Source of the DNA: Dehalococcoidia bacterium
Lineage (GTDB): Bacteria; Chloroflexota; Dehalococcoidia; UBA6926
Assembly: GCA_965205915.1 (NCBI GenBank)
Contig: OZ242191.1
Span: 100,383 to 164,382, forward strand
DNA length: 64,000 nt
Direction of reading: 5' to 3'
How positions within the stretch are numbered: position 1 is the stretch's first letter; each line of letters starts with the position of its first letter. A model generated the notes under the pieces. The model was not told the DNA's origin. It did not search any database and saw nothing but the letters and a program-made list of their open reading frames with translations. The position numbers and the translations under genes were made by a program. This document shows positions 8,251-16,623 of the stretch, piece after piece.

Positions 8251-9472
8251 GTTGGTATTCGATGGCGGCGCGGAGGTCGTTCAGGCCGCGGTTTGTTACG
8301 GCTGATACGGGGATGATCGTGAGGTCAGGGGTGGTCTTTAGCGCGTGGTCGATCAGAACCCGGTAGCCGGTGGAGGGTTCGGGCTCCGTTGAAGCGCCGG
8401 TCGATTGTCCGCCTTCGGAATGTTCCAGGGCGCCGTTGGCGGGCAACGCCTCGGAGTCCACGAGGTCCATCTTGTTCATGACGAGGATGCGCGGTTTGTC
8501 TGCTATTCCCAGCTCGTCCAGTAGGGATAGGACGGAGCGATAGTGCATGGGCGCCGCAGGGGCGTTGGCGTCCGCCACGTGGAGTAACAGGTCGGCGTCT
8601 TGTAATTCCTCAAGCGTTGCGCGGAACGCCGCGACGAGGCTGTGCGGGAGTTTCTGGATGAAGCCGACGGTATCGGTCAGGAGGCCCTCGCCGCCGGCCG
8701 GTAGGCGCATCATGCGTGTTACGGGATCGAGGGTGGCGAACGGCTTGTCCTCGGCAAGGACATCGGCGTGTGTGAGGGCGTTCATCAGGGTGCTCTTGCC
8801 CGCGTTGGTGTAGCCGATGAGGGAGATGGTGGGCAGGCCCTTGTTCTTTCTGGATTCACGATGCTGGGCGCGGCGGCGGCGGACATCCTCCAATTGGCCT
8901 TTGAGCCGGTGAATGCGGTCGCGGATGAGGCGGCGATCCGTTTCAAGCTGCGATTCGCCGGGGCCTCGCGTGCCGATTCCGCCTCCGAGCCGCTCCAGGT
9001 GGCTCCACTGCCCTCTAATGCGTGGCAGCAGGTACTCATGCTGGGCCAATGTGACCTGTAGTCGACCCTCCATTGATTGGGCGCGCTGGGCAAAGATGTC
9101 GAGAATCAGGGCCGTTCGGTCGAGCACCTTGACCTTGAAGGCTTCTTCGAGGTTGCGCTGTTGGGTGGGCGTCAGTTCGTCATCAAGGATGACGGTAGAG
9201 ATGCTTTCGTCTTCAGCGAAACGGCGCATTTCTTCGAGCTTGCCGGTGCCGATGTAGTGCGGGGTAAAGCGTTCGAGACGCTGGCTTTCGATGTGGACGA
9301 CAGTCGCGCCGGCGCTCTCAGCGAGGGCGTTGAGTTCCTCAAGGGACTCATCGAGCGCCCATGCGGGCCCCCTGCCCTTGACCGCCGCGCCAATGAGCAG
9401 CGCACGTTCACCGGGTCGAGCGGTCTTGTGCCCGTTCGATCCGGGTTTGCTGCCGTTGCGTCGTTTGCTCAT
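8228..9472 (-). CDS. hflX: GTPase HflX
   Basis: QRAQSMEGRLQV, GIGTRGPGESQLETDRR, GYTNAGKST, DTVGFI, NKMD. Confidence 0.97.
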   Translation of the reverse strand: MSKRRNGSKPGSNGHKTARPGERALLIGAAVKGRGPAWALDESLEELNALAESAGATVVHIESQRLERFTPHYIGTGKLEEMRRFAEDESISTVILDDELTPTQQRNLEEAFKVKVLDRTALILDIFAQRAQSMEGRLQVTLAQHEYLLPRIRGQWSHLERLGGGIGTRGPGESQLETDRRLIRDRIHRLKGQLEDVRRRRAQHRESRKNKGLPTISLIGYTNAGKSTLMNALTHADVLAEDKPFATLDPVTRMMRLPAGGEGLLTDTVGFIQKLPHSLVAAFRATLEELQDADLLLHVADANAPAAPMHYRSVLSLLDELGIADKPRILVMNKMDLVDSEALPANGALEHSEGGQSTGASTEPEPSTGYRVLIDHALKTTPDLTIIPVSAVTNRGLNDLRAAIEYQLASATRA

Positions 9473-9600
9473 CTGCCTCCGTTATCGGCGCGCCCGTCAG
9501 CGAACCTTAGCGGCGCGTCCTGCGTTCAAGTATACGAGGCGCGCGAGTCGGATCGGATTGCAAATCGTATAAGCGCCGCCCGTAGAATGGTATCAGCGCT

Positions 9601-11061
9601 ATGGATATGCACCAACCGGAACCCGAACCACAGTCTGAGCAAAAGGACAACGCAGGCCGCGCCGTGCCGTTCACGGTCAGCCTGTTTTTGCTGCTGGCGT
9701 TCATCGTCCTGGTTGCCGGCGTACGGGAGACGTTTGTTGCGCCGGGCGTGGAGCGCTCATCATTCGGCGGCGGCCATTTCGGCATCCTCACAGAGGCGCT
9801 GCACGTTTTTGAGGAGACCACGGGGATTCCACTGCGACCCGGTCAGGATGATATTGACCGGGCGATTTACCTGATGACGATAACGGCGGCGGGCGAGCAG
9901 GACATCGATCTACTTGAGCGCGTGTACACAGAAGTTGAAGACTCCGATATCAACGTGCCACGCGCCGTTCCACCCGGTCTTGAAGATATTTGGGTGGCAA
10001 TGGAGATCCTGCGCCGTGATTATCCGGACGCGCCGTTGGTGGCGCTTACGGAGGCGGCGCGGCGCGGGCTGTTCGTGCGCGGTCAGGACCCTGCCCTGAC
10101 GTTCCTGGATTCGCGTCAATATGAGAATGCGCAGGAGTTCTTTGCCGAAGGCTCGTATGAGGGCATCGGGGCGCGGGTGGGGACGACGGCGAGCGGCAGC
10201 AACTTCATTTCGGATGTATTCCTGGGCAGCCCGGCGGAGTTGGCAGGTCTGCAGGCCGGGGACGGCATCGTTTCAGTTGATGGCGTTTCCGCGATTGGTA
10301 TGGCTGTTGACGACCTGGTTGAGATCGTCAAGGGAGAGAGCGGCACGGAGGTTGTGCTCGAAATCCGCCGGCCCTGGGATGATGCGAGTTCACAGATGAG
10401 CGTGACGGTTGTTCGTGGAGTGGTTCCAACGTCCCTTGAGACACAGATTCTTGGCGAGGATACGGATCGGCCACTTGTCGGTTACATCAGGGTCGAGCGA
10501 TTCCACCGCGAGACGAGCGAGGACTTTCGCGCGGCACTGGGCACGCTTCTTGAGCGCGACATTGCTGCGCTGATTTTGGATGTTCGTTCCAACCCCGGGG
10601 GATCGCTGTCCGGCGCGGTCAGCATGGTTGGCGAGTTCGTGCCGGATGGTCTGGCAATGTACGAGGTGACGCGGGAGGGGCGACGGATCGAATGGGAGGT
10701 CGACGACGACGGTCAGGCGTTCGAACTGCCGCTTGCTGTGCTCGTGAACGGCTTTTCGGCCAGCGCATCGGAGGTTGTAGCGGGGGCGTTACAGGATCAC
10801 GACCGGGCCACGGTTTATGGGACGCGCACGTACGGCAAGGGCAGCGTGCAGACGTTCCAAGAGTTGAGTGACGGCTCGGCGTTGTACGTGACCGTCTCTA
10901 GCTGGTTTACGCCGTCAGGCCGGCAGATTCAAGGCACAGGCGTAACGCCGAATGTGACGGTCATTCAGACGATCAGCGACGAACTTACCGGGCGTGACGC
11001 AGTGCTGAATGCGGCCTATTGGGATCTGGTTGACGGGCTGGCGACCGGGCCGACGGCCTAA
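9601..11061 (+). CDS. S41 family C-terminal processing protease (CtpA/Prc-like; TM + PDZ + protease)
   Basis: YEGIGA PDZ start, DVRSNPGG, SASASE catalytic Ser, TYGKGSVQ catalytic Lys. Confidence 0.93.
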   Translation: MDMHQPEPEPQSEQKDNAGRAVPFTVSLFLLLAFIVLVAGVRETFVAPGVERSSFGGGHFGILTEALHVFEETTGIPLRPGQDDIDRAIYLMTITAAGEQDIDLLERVYTEVEDSDINVPRAVPPGLEDIWVAMEILRRDYPDAPLVALTEAARRGLFVRGQDPALTFLDSRQYENAQEFFAEGSYEGIGARVGTTASGSNFISDVFLGSPAELAGLQAGDGIVSVDGVSAIGMAVDDLVEIVKGESGTEVVLEIRRPWDDASSQMSVTVVRGVVPTSLETQILGEDTDRPLVGYIRVERFHRETSEDFRAALGTLLERDIAALILDVRSNPGGSLSGAVSMVGEFVPDGLAMYEVTREGRRIEWEVDDDGQAFELPLAVLVNGFSASASEVVAGALQDHDRATVYGTRTYGKGSVQTFQELSDGSALYVTVSSWFTPSGRQIQGTGVTPNVTVIQTISDELTGRDAVLNAAYWDLVDGLATGPTA

Positions 11062-11125
11062 CAAACAAATGCGCGCTCAAAAACCAGCCATGCGTTGCTG
11101 GCGTGAGTTGCCCATCATGCCACCG

Positions 11126-11212
11126 GATTCCCGCCTTCGCGGGAATGACGAGGTGGGGCGGGAACGACCAAGTTGGGCGGGAATGACGAAGTTGGACGGG
11201 AACGACGAGGCG
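11126..11212 (+). repeat. Family A REP plus half-REP tail
   Basis: GATTCCCGCCTTCGCGGGAATGAC at 11126-11149, then repeated GGGAA(T/C)GAC units. Confidence 0.85.
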
Positions 11213-11214
11213 GG

Positions 11215-11418
11215 CTAGTCGTTGCTGTCTGAGCCCTCGCCGCCGCCGAGGTATGCCTCGGGGTTGCCGATGAACTTCTGGCGCTCAGAAAGGCTCTTGA
11301 AGTAGTACCACTTATCGCCATGGCGAAACTTGGTGCCTGCACGGTTGTTGCCGTTGTCAATCTCCGTGACTTCGCTGTCGGAAAAATCGTACCCAGTGAC
11401 CGGATCCTTTTCAGCCAT
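11215..11418 (-). CDS. YHS-domain protein
   Basis: MAEKDPVTG...DKWYYFKS...QKFIGNPEAY matches the YHS pattern (DPV.G...YYF.S....F..NPE.Y). Confidence 0.75.
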   Translation of the reverse strand: MAEKDPVTGYDFSDSEVTEIDNGNNRAGTKFRHGDKWYYFKSLSERQKFIGNPEAYLGGGEGSDSND

Positions 11419-11592
11419 CGCCGCCCCCCCATTTACTACGTGTTTCAGGCAAGAATGCATGCCGACTGTACGCCGCTGCCCGATTGCATGTCAAGGAGCG
11501 CGACAACGGTGTGAGCCGCCGCGCTAGTATTGATAGGCAGTCACCCGTCCGTCCGATAGCGAGGAAGCCAACCATCGGCTTGAACGTGAGGT

Positions 11593-12762
11593 ATGACCAG
11601 ACATCTTCTGATTCGCTACCACGAGGTGGCACTTAAGGGAAAGAATCGCAGCGCGTTCGTTGGCGCATTGGCAGCCAATGCTCGCAAGGCGCTTGCTCGC
11701 GCGGGCCTCTCATACCCCGTCCGACAGGAATACAGTCAGATTCGTGTTGATCTGCCTGAGGAGGGCGATGCCACCCCTGCCCTGCGCGTGCTGTCTCGCG
11801 TCTATGGAATCGCCCGTATCGCTCCCGCGCTCAAGACGGGTCTTTCAGTCGATGAGATCACGGGCGGAGTCAGGGAGTTGATTGCAACGGAGTGGAACGG
11901 AGCGCGGTCGTTTCGGGTGTCGGCATCGCGCTCCGATAAGCGTTATCCACTGACGTCGATGGATTTGAACAGGCAGATCGGGACGCTCGTGGAGGCGGAG
12001 ACGGGCGCGGCGGTGGACTTGCGCGGGGCGGAGATTGATCTGCGCGTGGATGTGCGGGAGCGCGAGGCGTACGTCTATGTCGAATCGGTCGCAGGCGCGG
12101 GCGGTCTGCCGGTTGGCAGTTCCGGTCACGTCGCGGCGTTGCTGTCCGGCGGCATCGATTCCCCCGTGGCGGCGGCGCGGATGTTCCGACGCGGATGCAC
12201 GGTGGAGTTTGTGCATTTCCACAGTTTTCCACTCGTCGACGGGTCGTCGCGGGACAAGGCGCGTGACCTGGTGCGTTTGCTGGATGACTCGCAGTTCGGG
12301 TCACGGCTGCACCTTGTACCGTTCGCGGATGCGCAAAGGCAGATCGTGGCGGCGGTGAATCCGGCTTATCGGGTAGTCGCCTATCGGCGGTTCATGGTGC
12401 GCGTGGCGGAGGAGATTGCGCGGCGGGCCGGCGCGTTGGCGCTTGTGACGGGCGAGAGCATCGGGCAGGTGGCGAGCCAGACCGTGGAGAATGTGGCGAC
12501 GATCGACGCGGTGGCGGGGATGCCCGTCCTGCGGCCGCTGATCGGGATGGATAAGCAGGAGATCATCAACGAGGCGCGACATATCGGGTCATTTGATATC
12601 TCGATCCTGCCGGACGAGGATTGTTGTTCACTGTTCGTGCCACGCCACCCCGTGCTGCGGTCGACCGTGGCAGAGGCTGAGCGGGTGGAGGCGGCGCTGG
12701 ATGTGGATGGCTTGGTGACGATGAGCGCGGACGCGGCGGAGACGGTGACGTTTGGGGGTTGA
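11593..12762 (+). CDS. thiI: tRNA 4-thiouridine(8) synthase (THUMP + PP-loop; no rhodanese domain)
   Basis: LIRYHEVALKGKNR, LLSGGIDSPVA, GESIGQVASQT, RPLIGMDKQEI, EDCC. Confidence 0.95.
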   Translation: MTRHLLIRYHEVALKGKNRSAFVGALAANARKALARAGLSYPVRQEYSQIRVDLPEEGDATPALRVLSRVYGIARIAPALKTGLSVDEITGGVRELIATEWNGARSFRVSASRSDKRYPLTSMDLNRQIGTLVEAETGAAVDLRGAEIDLRVDVREREAYVYVESVAGAGGLPVGSSGHVAALLSGGIDSPVAAARMFRRGCTVEFVHFHSFPLVDGSSRDKARDLVRLLDDSQFGSRLHLVPFADAQRQIVAAVNPAYRVVAYRRFMVRVAEEIARRAGALALVTGESIGQVASQTVENVATIDAVAGMPVLRPLIGMDKQEIINEARHIGSFDISILPDEDCCSLFVPRHPVLRSTVAEAERVEAALDVDGLVTMSADAAETVTFGG

Positions 12763-12782
12763 TGGGGGGGCGTCAGGTTCTG

Positions 12783-12811
12783 TTGACGGTCAAAAGGGCG
12801 GCGCGTAGACT
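12783..12811 (+). promoter_or_regulatory. Sigma70-type promoter
   Basis: TTGACG (12783-88), 17-bp spacer, TAGACT (12806-11). Confidence 0.7.
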
Positions 12812-12818
12812 TGATTGC

Positions 12819-13045
12819 AATATGGTCCCTGGCCTCCTACCACTTCGAGTGGGGAGGGACGTCAGGTAAATTCACAAAGAGCCGGGTATTGAATCCCGGC
12901 TCTCTGTGCGTCTAAAGGACAGAGATAAGCATCTCTCGTGGTCAGGCTACCAACGTTTGTTGACGGAGTCGCGGAGTCGGGGTAAGGTGTTTGCATCATA
13001 CCCCCTGACGTCCTCCCATCTCGAGTGGTCAAGGGTGCTCAGGGC
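12819..13045 (+). ncRNA. Candidate structured ncRNA, family unassigned (6S-like or antitoxin-like)
   Basis: Ends base-pair (CCACTTCGAGTGGGGAGGGACGTCAGG with CCTGACGTCCTCCCATCTCGAGTGG) and enclose several internal hairpins; flanked by a promoter and a terminator-like hairpin. Confidence 0.5.
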
Positions 13046-13058
13046 ATCATTCCGTGTT

Positions 13059-13086
13059 AAGAACCGGGGTACGCCCCGGTTCTTTC
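13059..13086 (+). terminator. Intrinsic terminator-like hairpin
   Basis: AAGAACCGGGG-TACG-CCCCGGTTCTT: perfect 11-bp stem, UACG loop, pyrimidine run. Confidence 0.7.
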
Positions 13087-13111
13087 CCGTTAGGGAGAAT
13101 CTGGCAGATCG

Positions 13112-13714
13112 TTGGCAAGACTAGCAATTCTTATCGACGCAGCCTACTTGGAACGGGTGGCTGCGGAAAACTTTCGGACGGGCATTGACTACACAAAATT
13201 GCCTGACGCAGTAAGAGATATTGTGGCAAGCGGGTTGCGAGAGCCGCTCGATATCGTGCGGACTTACCTTTATGATGCTCTGCCCCACCTCCCTGCGAAG
13301 CCGTCAGACGAAGATTCTCAAAAACACGCTGAAAAGGCTCGCTTTTTCGATTTCCTACGGAACCAGCCGCGGTTTGTTGTGCGCGAGGGGTGGGTGGCAT
13401 TCAGGGGCAGAGATAGAAAAGGGAGGCCATTTTTTCAGCAGAAGCAAGTCGATATGCTTTTGGGCCTTGATATCGCGCTCCTTAGCGCCAAACGCCAGAT
13501 CAGTCATATGGCCATCATTTCAGGCGACAGCGACCTCACTCCCGCCATCGAAGTGGCGCGTGACGAGGGAGTCACCGTCTGGTTGTTCCATGGCCCTCGG
13601 GTAAAGGAAACTAACCAATCAAGTGTCGCCAGGAGTCTGCTTCAGAATGTCGATATGCGCTATGAGATTGACCAGGAGTTTATGAGCCGTGTGGAGCGGA
13701 AGCGTAGAGGGTGA
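13112..13714 (+). CDS. NYN-domain (LabA/DUF88, PIN-like) ribonuclease
   Basis: ILIDAAYL, QQKQVDMLLGLD, ISGDSDLTPAI...EGVTV; acidic catalytic residues appear intact. Confidence 0.92.
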   Translation: MARLAILIDAAYLERVAAENFRTGIDYTKLPDAVRDIVASGLREPLDIVRTYLYDALPHLPAKPSDEDSQKHAEKARFFDFLRNQPRFVVREGWVAFRGRDRKGRPFFQQKQVDMLLGLDIALLSAKRQISHMAIISGDSDLTPAIEVARDEGVTVWLFHGPRVKETNQSSVARSLLQNVDMRYEIDQEFMSRVERKRRG

Positions 13715-13806
13715 TGATCCAGGGGTGACACGGGCGTGGCGCAGGATTGGCGGCGGCGGCTATACTGATTGCCCATGACGTGATGCGCTTGGGGGGGAGG
13801 GTATCA

Positions 13807-15270
13807 GTGGTCTCACCTGACTATCCGGAATACGGTTATACGGTCACGATCCGCCTTGAGTATACGAATCGCATAGGTATGCTCGGCGTGATTACCACTG
13901 CGGTTGGGGACACCGAGGCGGACATTACGGCAGTGGACCTCGTGAGGACGCGCGGCAAGCGTATCGTGCGCGACCTGACAATCGGTGTGATGAACATCGA
14001 GCACGGTCAGCGCGTTGCACTGGCGCTGCGCAAGGCGGGCGCAAAGGTTATCGCCCTCTCCGATCCCTCGTTCCTCGTACACATGGGCGGCAAGATTGAG
14101 ATGAAAACGAGGACGCCGGTGGAGAATCACCGGGACCTATCGCAGGTGTATACGCCGGGCGTGGGACGGGTTGCGTCATACATCGGCGCCAATCCGGAGT
14201 CCGTCTGGTCGCTCACGTCCAAGGCGAACACGGTGGCGGTGGTGTCCGACGGCACGGCGGTTCTGGGGCTTGGCAACATTGGCCCGGAGGCCGCCCTACC
14301 CGTCATGGAAGGCAAGGCAATCCTCTTCAAAGAGCTGGCCAACATCGACGCGTGGCCCATCTGCCTTGATACGAACGACCCTGATCAAATTGTCGCTACG
14401 GTCAAGGCGTTGTCCGTCGGATTCGGCGGTATCAATCTTGAGGACATCTCCGCGCCGCGCTGCTTCGAGATTGAGGAGCGGTTGCGCGAGGAGTTGGACA
14501 TTCCCGTTTTCCATGATGATCAGCACGGGACGGCAGTCGTCGTGACGGCGGCGCTTTTCAACGCGCTCAAGGTCGTCGGCAAGGACATCGGGCAGATTCG
14601 AGCCGTGATGACGGGAGCGGGCGCGAGCGGGGTAGCGACGACGCGGATGCTTGTTGCGGCGGGGCTGCGTGACATCGTGGTGTTTGACCGTCAGGGAGCG
14701 ATCAATCGCGACCGCGGCGACATTGAGGGCAACGCCGGCAAGATGTGGCTGGCAGAGAACACGAATCCACGCAATTTTGCAGGCAACATCCATGTGGGCA
14801 TTGAGGGAGCGGATCTGTTCATCGGGCTGTCCGGCCCCGGAGTCATCGAGCCGGAGGATCTGGCGAGCATGAATAGTGACGGTATCGTATTCGCGTTGGC
14901 CAACCCGGACCCTGAAGTATCGCCGGAGGCAGCGCATCAGTATGCGCGCGTCGTAGCGACGGGTCGCTCCGATTACGCGAATCAGATAAATAACGCGCTG
15001 TGTTTCCCCGGACTGTTCCGGGGCGTGCTTGATGTTCGCGCCCGGACGATCAATGAGGAGATGAAGATGGCTGCGGCGCAGGCGTTGGCGGCAGTCGTGC
15101 CTCAGCGGGAGTTGAACGAAGACAATATCATTCCCAGCCTCTTCAATTCCCGGGTGGTGACCACGGTCTCACGAGCCGTGAGTAAGGCCGCGCTGCGGAC
15201 AGGGGTTGCCAGGCGGTCACGCAGCCACTCCGGCGAGCACATGCCGGATCTTTCACCGATCTCGCACTGA
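13807..15270 (+). CDS. NAD(P)-dependent malic enzyme with N-terminal ACT domain
   Basis: VYTPGVG, VVSDGTAVLGLGNIG, INLEDISAPRCF, FHDDQHGT, GAGASG, ALANPDPE. Confidence 0.93.
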   Translation: MVSPDYPEYGYTVTIRLEYTNRIGMLGVITTAVGDTEADITAVDLVRTRGKRIVRDLTIGVMNIEHGQRVALALRKAGAKVIALSDPSFLVHMGGKIEMKTRTPVENHRDLSQVYTPGVGRVASYIGANPESVWSLTSKANTVAVVSDGTAVLGLGNIGPEAALPVMEGKAILFKELANIDAWPICLDTNDPDQIVATVKALSVGFGGINLEDISAPRCFEIEERLREELDIPVFHDDQHGTAVVVTAALFNALKVVGKDIGQIRAVMTGAGASGVATTRMLVAAGLRDIVVFDRQGAINRDRGDIEGNAGKMWLAENTNPRNFAGNIHVGIEGADLFIGLSGPGVIEPEDLASMNSDGIVFALANPDPEVSPEAAHQYARVVATGRSDYANQINNALCFPGLFRGVLDVRARTINEEMKMAAAQALAAVVPQRELNEDNIIPSLFNSRVVTTVSRAVSKAALRTGVARRSRSHSGEHMPDLSPISH

Positions 15271-15388
15271 TCATCAGTAAGCGTCGTTAGTCCGCACCAT
15301 GGCCCCCGCCTTCGCGGGGGATTCGGAGTGTGAATGGCGGTCTATTCGGGGTGTTGGCGGGCGCGTTGGGGTGGGGATGACGGCTGGG

Positions 15389-16465
15389 CTAGCGGCGGGC
15401 GCGCTGGGGTGTTGGAGCGCCGATGCCGCAAAGGTCCGCTATGAGCAATTCCATTGCTGTGTCCTCGCTGAGGCGGCCGGTCTTGAGCGCAATGTCGTAG
15501 TCCAGGATGGCGCGGTGCATCTCGCGCAGTCGGGGCATCGTAAAGCTGCGGCTCTGGTTCACCGTCTTGCGGATGGCGAAATCCGAGCGGGATCCGATGG
15601 CATCCTGTAATTCAGCCTGTGAAACGCGGCGATCCGTGGAGTCTTTTGCGGCGAGGAGCCGCCTGACTTGCGTGCCGAGCATGGCCATGATCTGCGGAAC
15701 GGCTGCGCCGGTGTCGGCGCGCAGCTTTTCGACGCGCTCTCGGGCGCTGGGGTAGCGGCGCTCAATGACGTCATCGACCATGGCGAAGATGTTTTCCTCA
15801 CGGGTTGAGCCGGTCATGGCGGTCACATCCGCGACGGAGATGGGCCTGTCCGGCCCGGCATAAAGCAGTAATTTGTCGATTTCATTGGAGAGCGCCCACA
15901 GGTTGCTGCCGTGAGCGTCGGCAAGAGCTCGCGCGGCGGGGCCCTCAATTCCCCCGTCCCGTTCCCGCGCCATATTGCCGATCCACGTGGTCAGGTCGTT
16001 ACCACGCAGCGGCGCAAAGACGCGCACGTTTGCGACGGGGGCGAGGTATTTCAACAGCGGATTGGAGTCTGCGACGGCTCCGTCGGAAAGAACGAGGATA
16101 TTCGACTCCGGGAGGCCGGGCGCCAGGTCTTTCAACTGACCCCACCCGCGGAAAGTGTCGGGCGTCTGTGTCTTAGAATCATCGAGACCGGCCTGTCGTG
16201 AGCGCCCACGTCCGCCGGCCCGCCCAGCTCCACTGCCCTGCGAACGAGAGAACATGGCCAGAAGCCCTTCCACGATGACCAACCGGCCATTCGCGAGAAA
16301 CGGCACGGCGCCGGCCTGCGCGACGACCTCTGGGGGGGAGGAGTCCGCGGCGCTTACGGTCACGGAGTTGAGCGACGCCATATCCAGATCGCCGAGCCGG
16401 GCGCGCAGGGCGTCAATGGCCCGCTTGCGGGAGTAGTCGTCCTCTCCGTAGTAGATCTCAAACAT
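15389..16465 (-). CDS. holA: DNA polymerase III subunit delta
   Basis: IYYGEDDY, AVPFLANGRLVIVE, LSNEIDKLLLY, ENIFAMVD, YDIALKTG. Confidence 0.9.
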   Translation of the reverse strand: MFEIYYGEDDYSRKRAIDALRARLGDLDMASLNSVTVSAADSSPPEVVAQAGAVPFLANGRLVIVEGLLAMFSRSQGSGAGRAGGRGRSRQAGLDDSKTQTPDTFRGWGQLKDLAPGLPESNILVLSDGAVADSNPLLKYLAPVANVRVFAPLRGNDLTTWIGNMARERDGGIEGPAARALADAHGSNLWALSNEIDKLLLYAGPDRPISVADVTAMTGSTREENIFAMVDDVIERRYPSARERVEKLRADTGAAVPQIMAMLGTQVRRLLAAKDSTDRRVSQAELQDAIGSRSDFAIRKTVNQSRSFTMPRLREMHRAILDYDIALKTGRLSEDTAMELLIADLCGIGAPTPQRARR

Positions 16466-16542
16466 GGGGCCTCATCGATTCATTTCATTTACTCACTGGG
16501 GCAATGGTTGCACATTCGGGTGGGTTTGGTAATTGAGGCCGA

Positions 16543-16566
16543 GATTCCCGCTTTCGCGGGAATGAC
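16543..16566 (+). repeat. Family A REP-like palindrome
   Basis: GATTCCCGCTTTCGCGGGAATGAC. Confidence 0.9.
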
Positions 16567-16580
16567 GGGGGGTGCACGTG

Positions 16581-16609
16581 TTGCCGCGCGGCGCGCCCAC
16601 ACGTACAAT
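16581..16609 (+). promoter_or_regulatory. Sigma70-type promoter for the kinase-PQQ/ychF pair
   Basis: TTGCCG, 17-bp spacer, TACAAT. Confidence 0.55.
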
Positions 16610-16623
16610 ATGGCGCACTACCC

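Noticed and set aside
12819-13045. tmRNA, RNase P RNA, SRP RNA, T-box or TPP riboswitch
   Set aside because: I could not find their hallmark motifs (tRNA-like ends with T-arm, GAGGAAAGUCC, GGAA/AGCAG loop, T-box GGUGG.ACC, CUGAGA plus P4/P5) on either strand.
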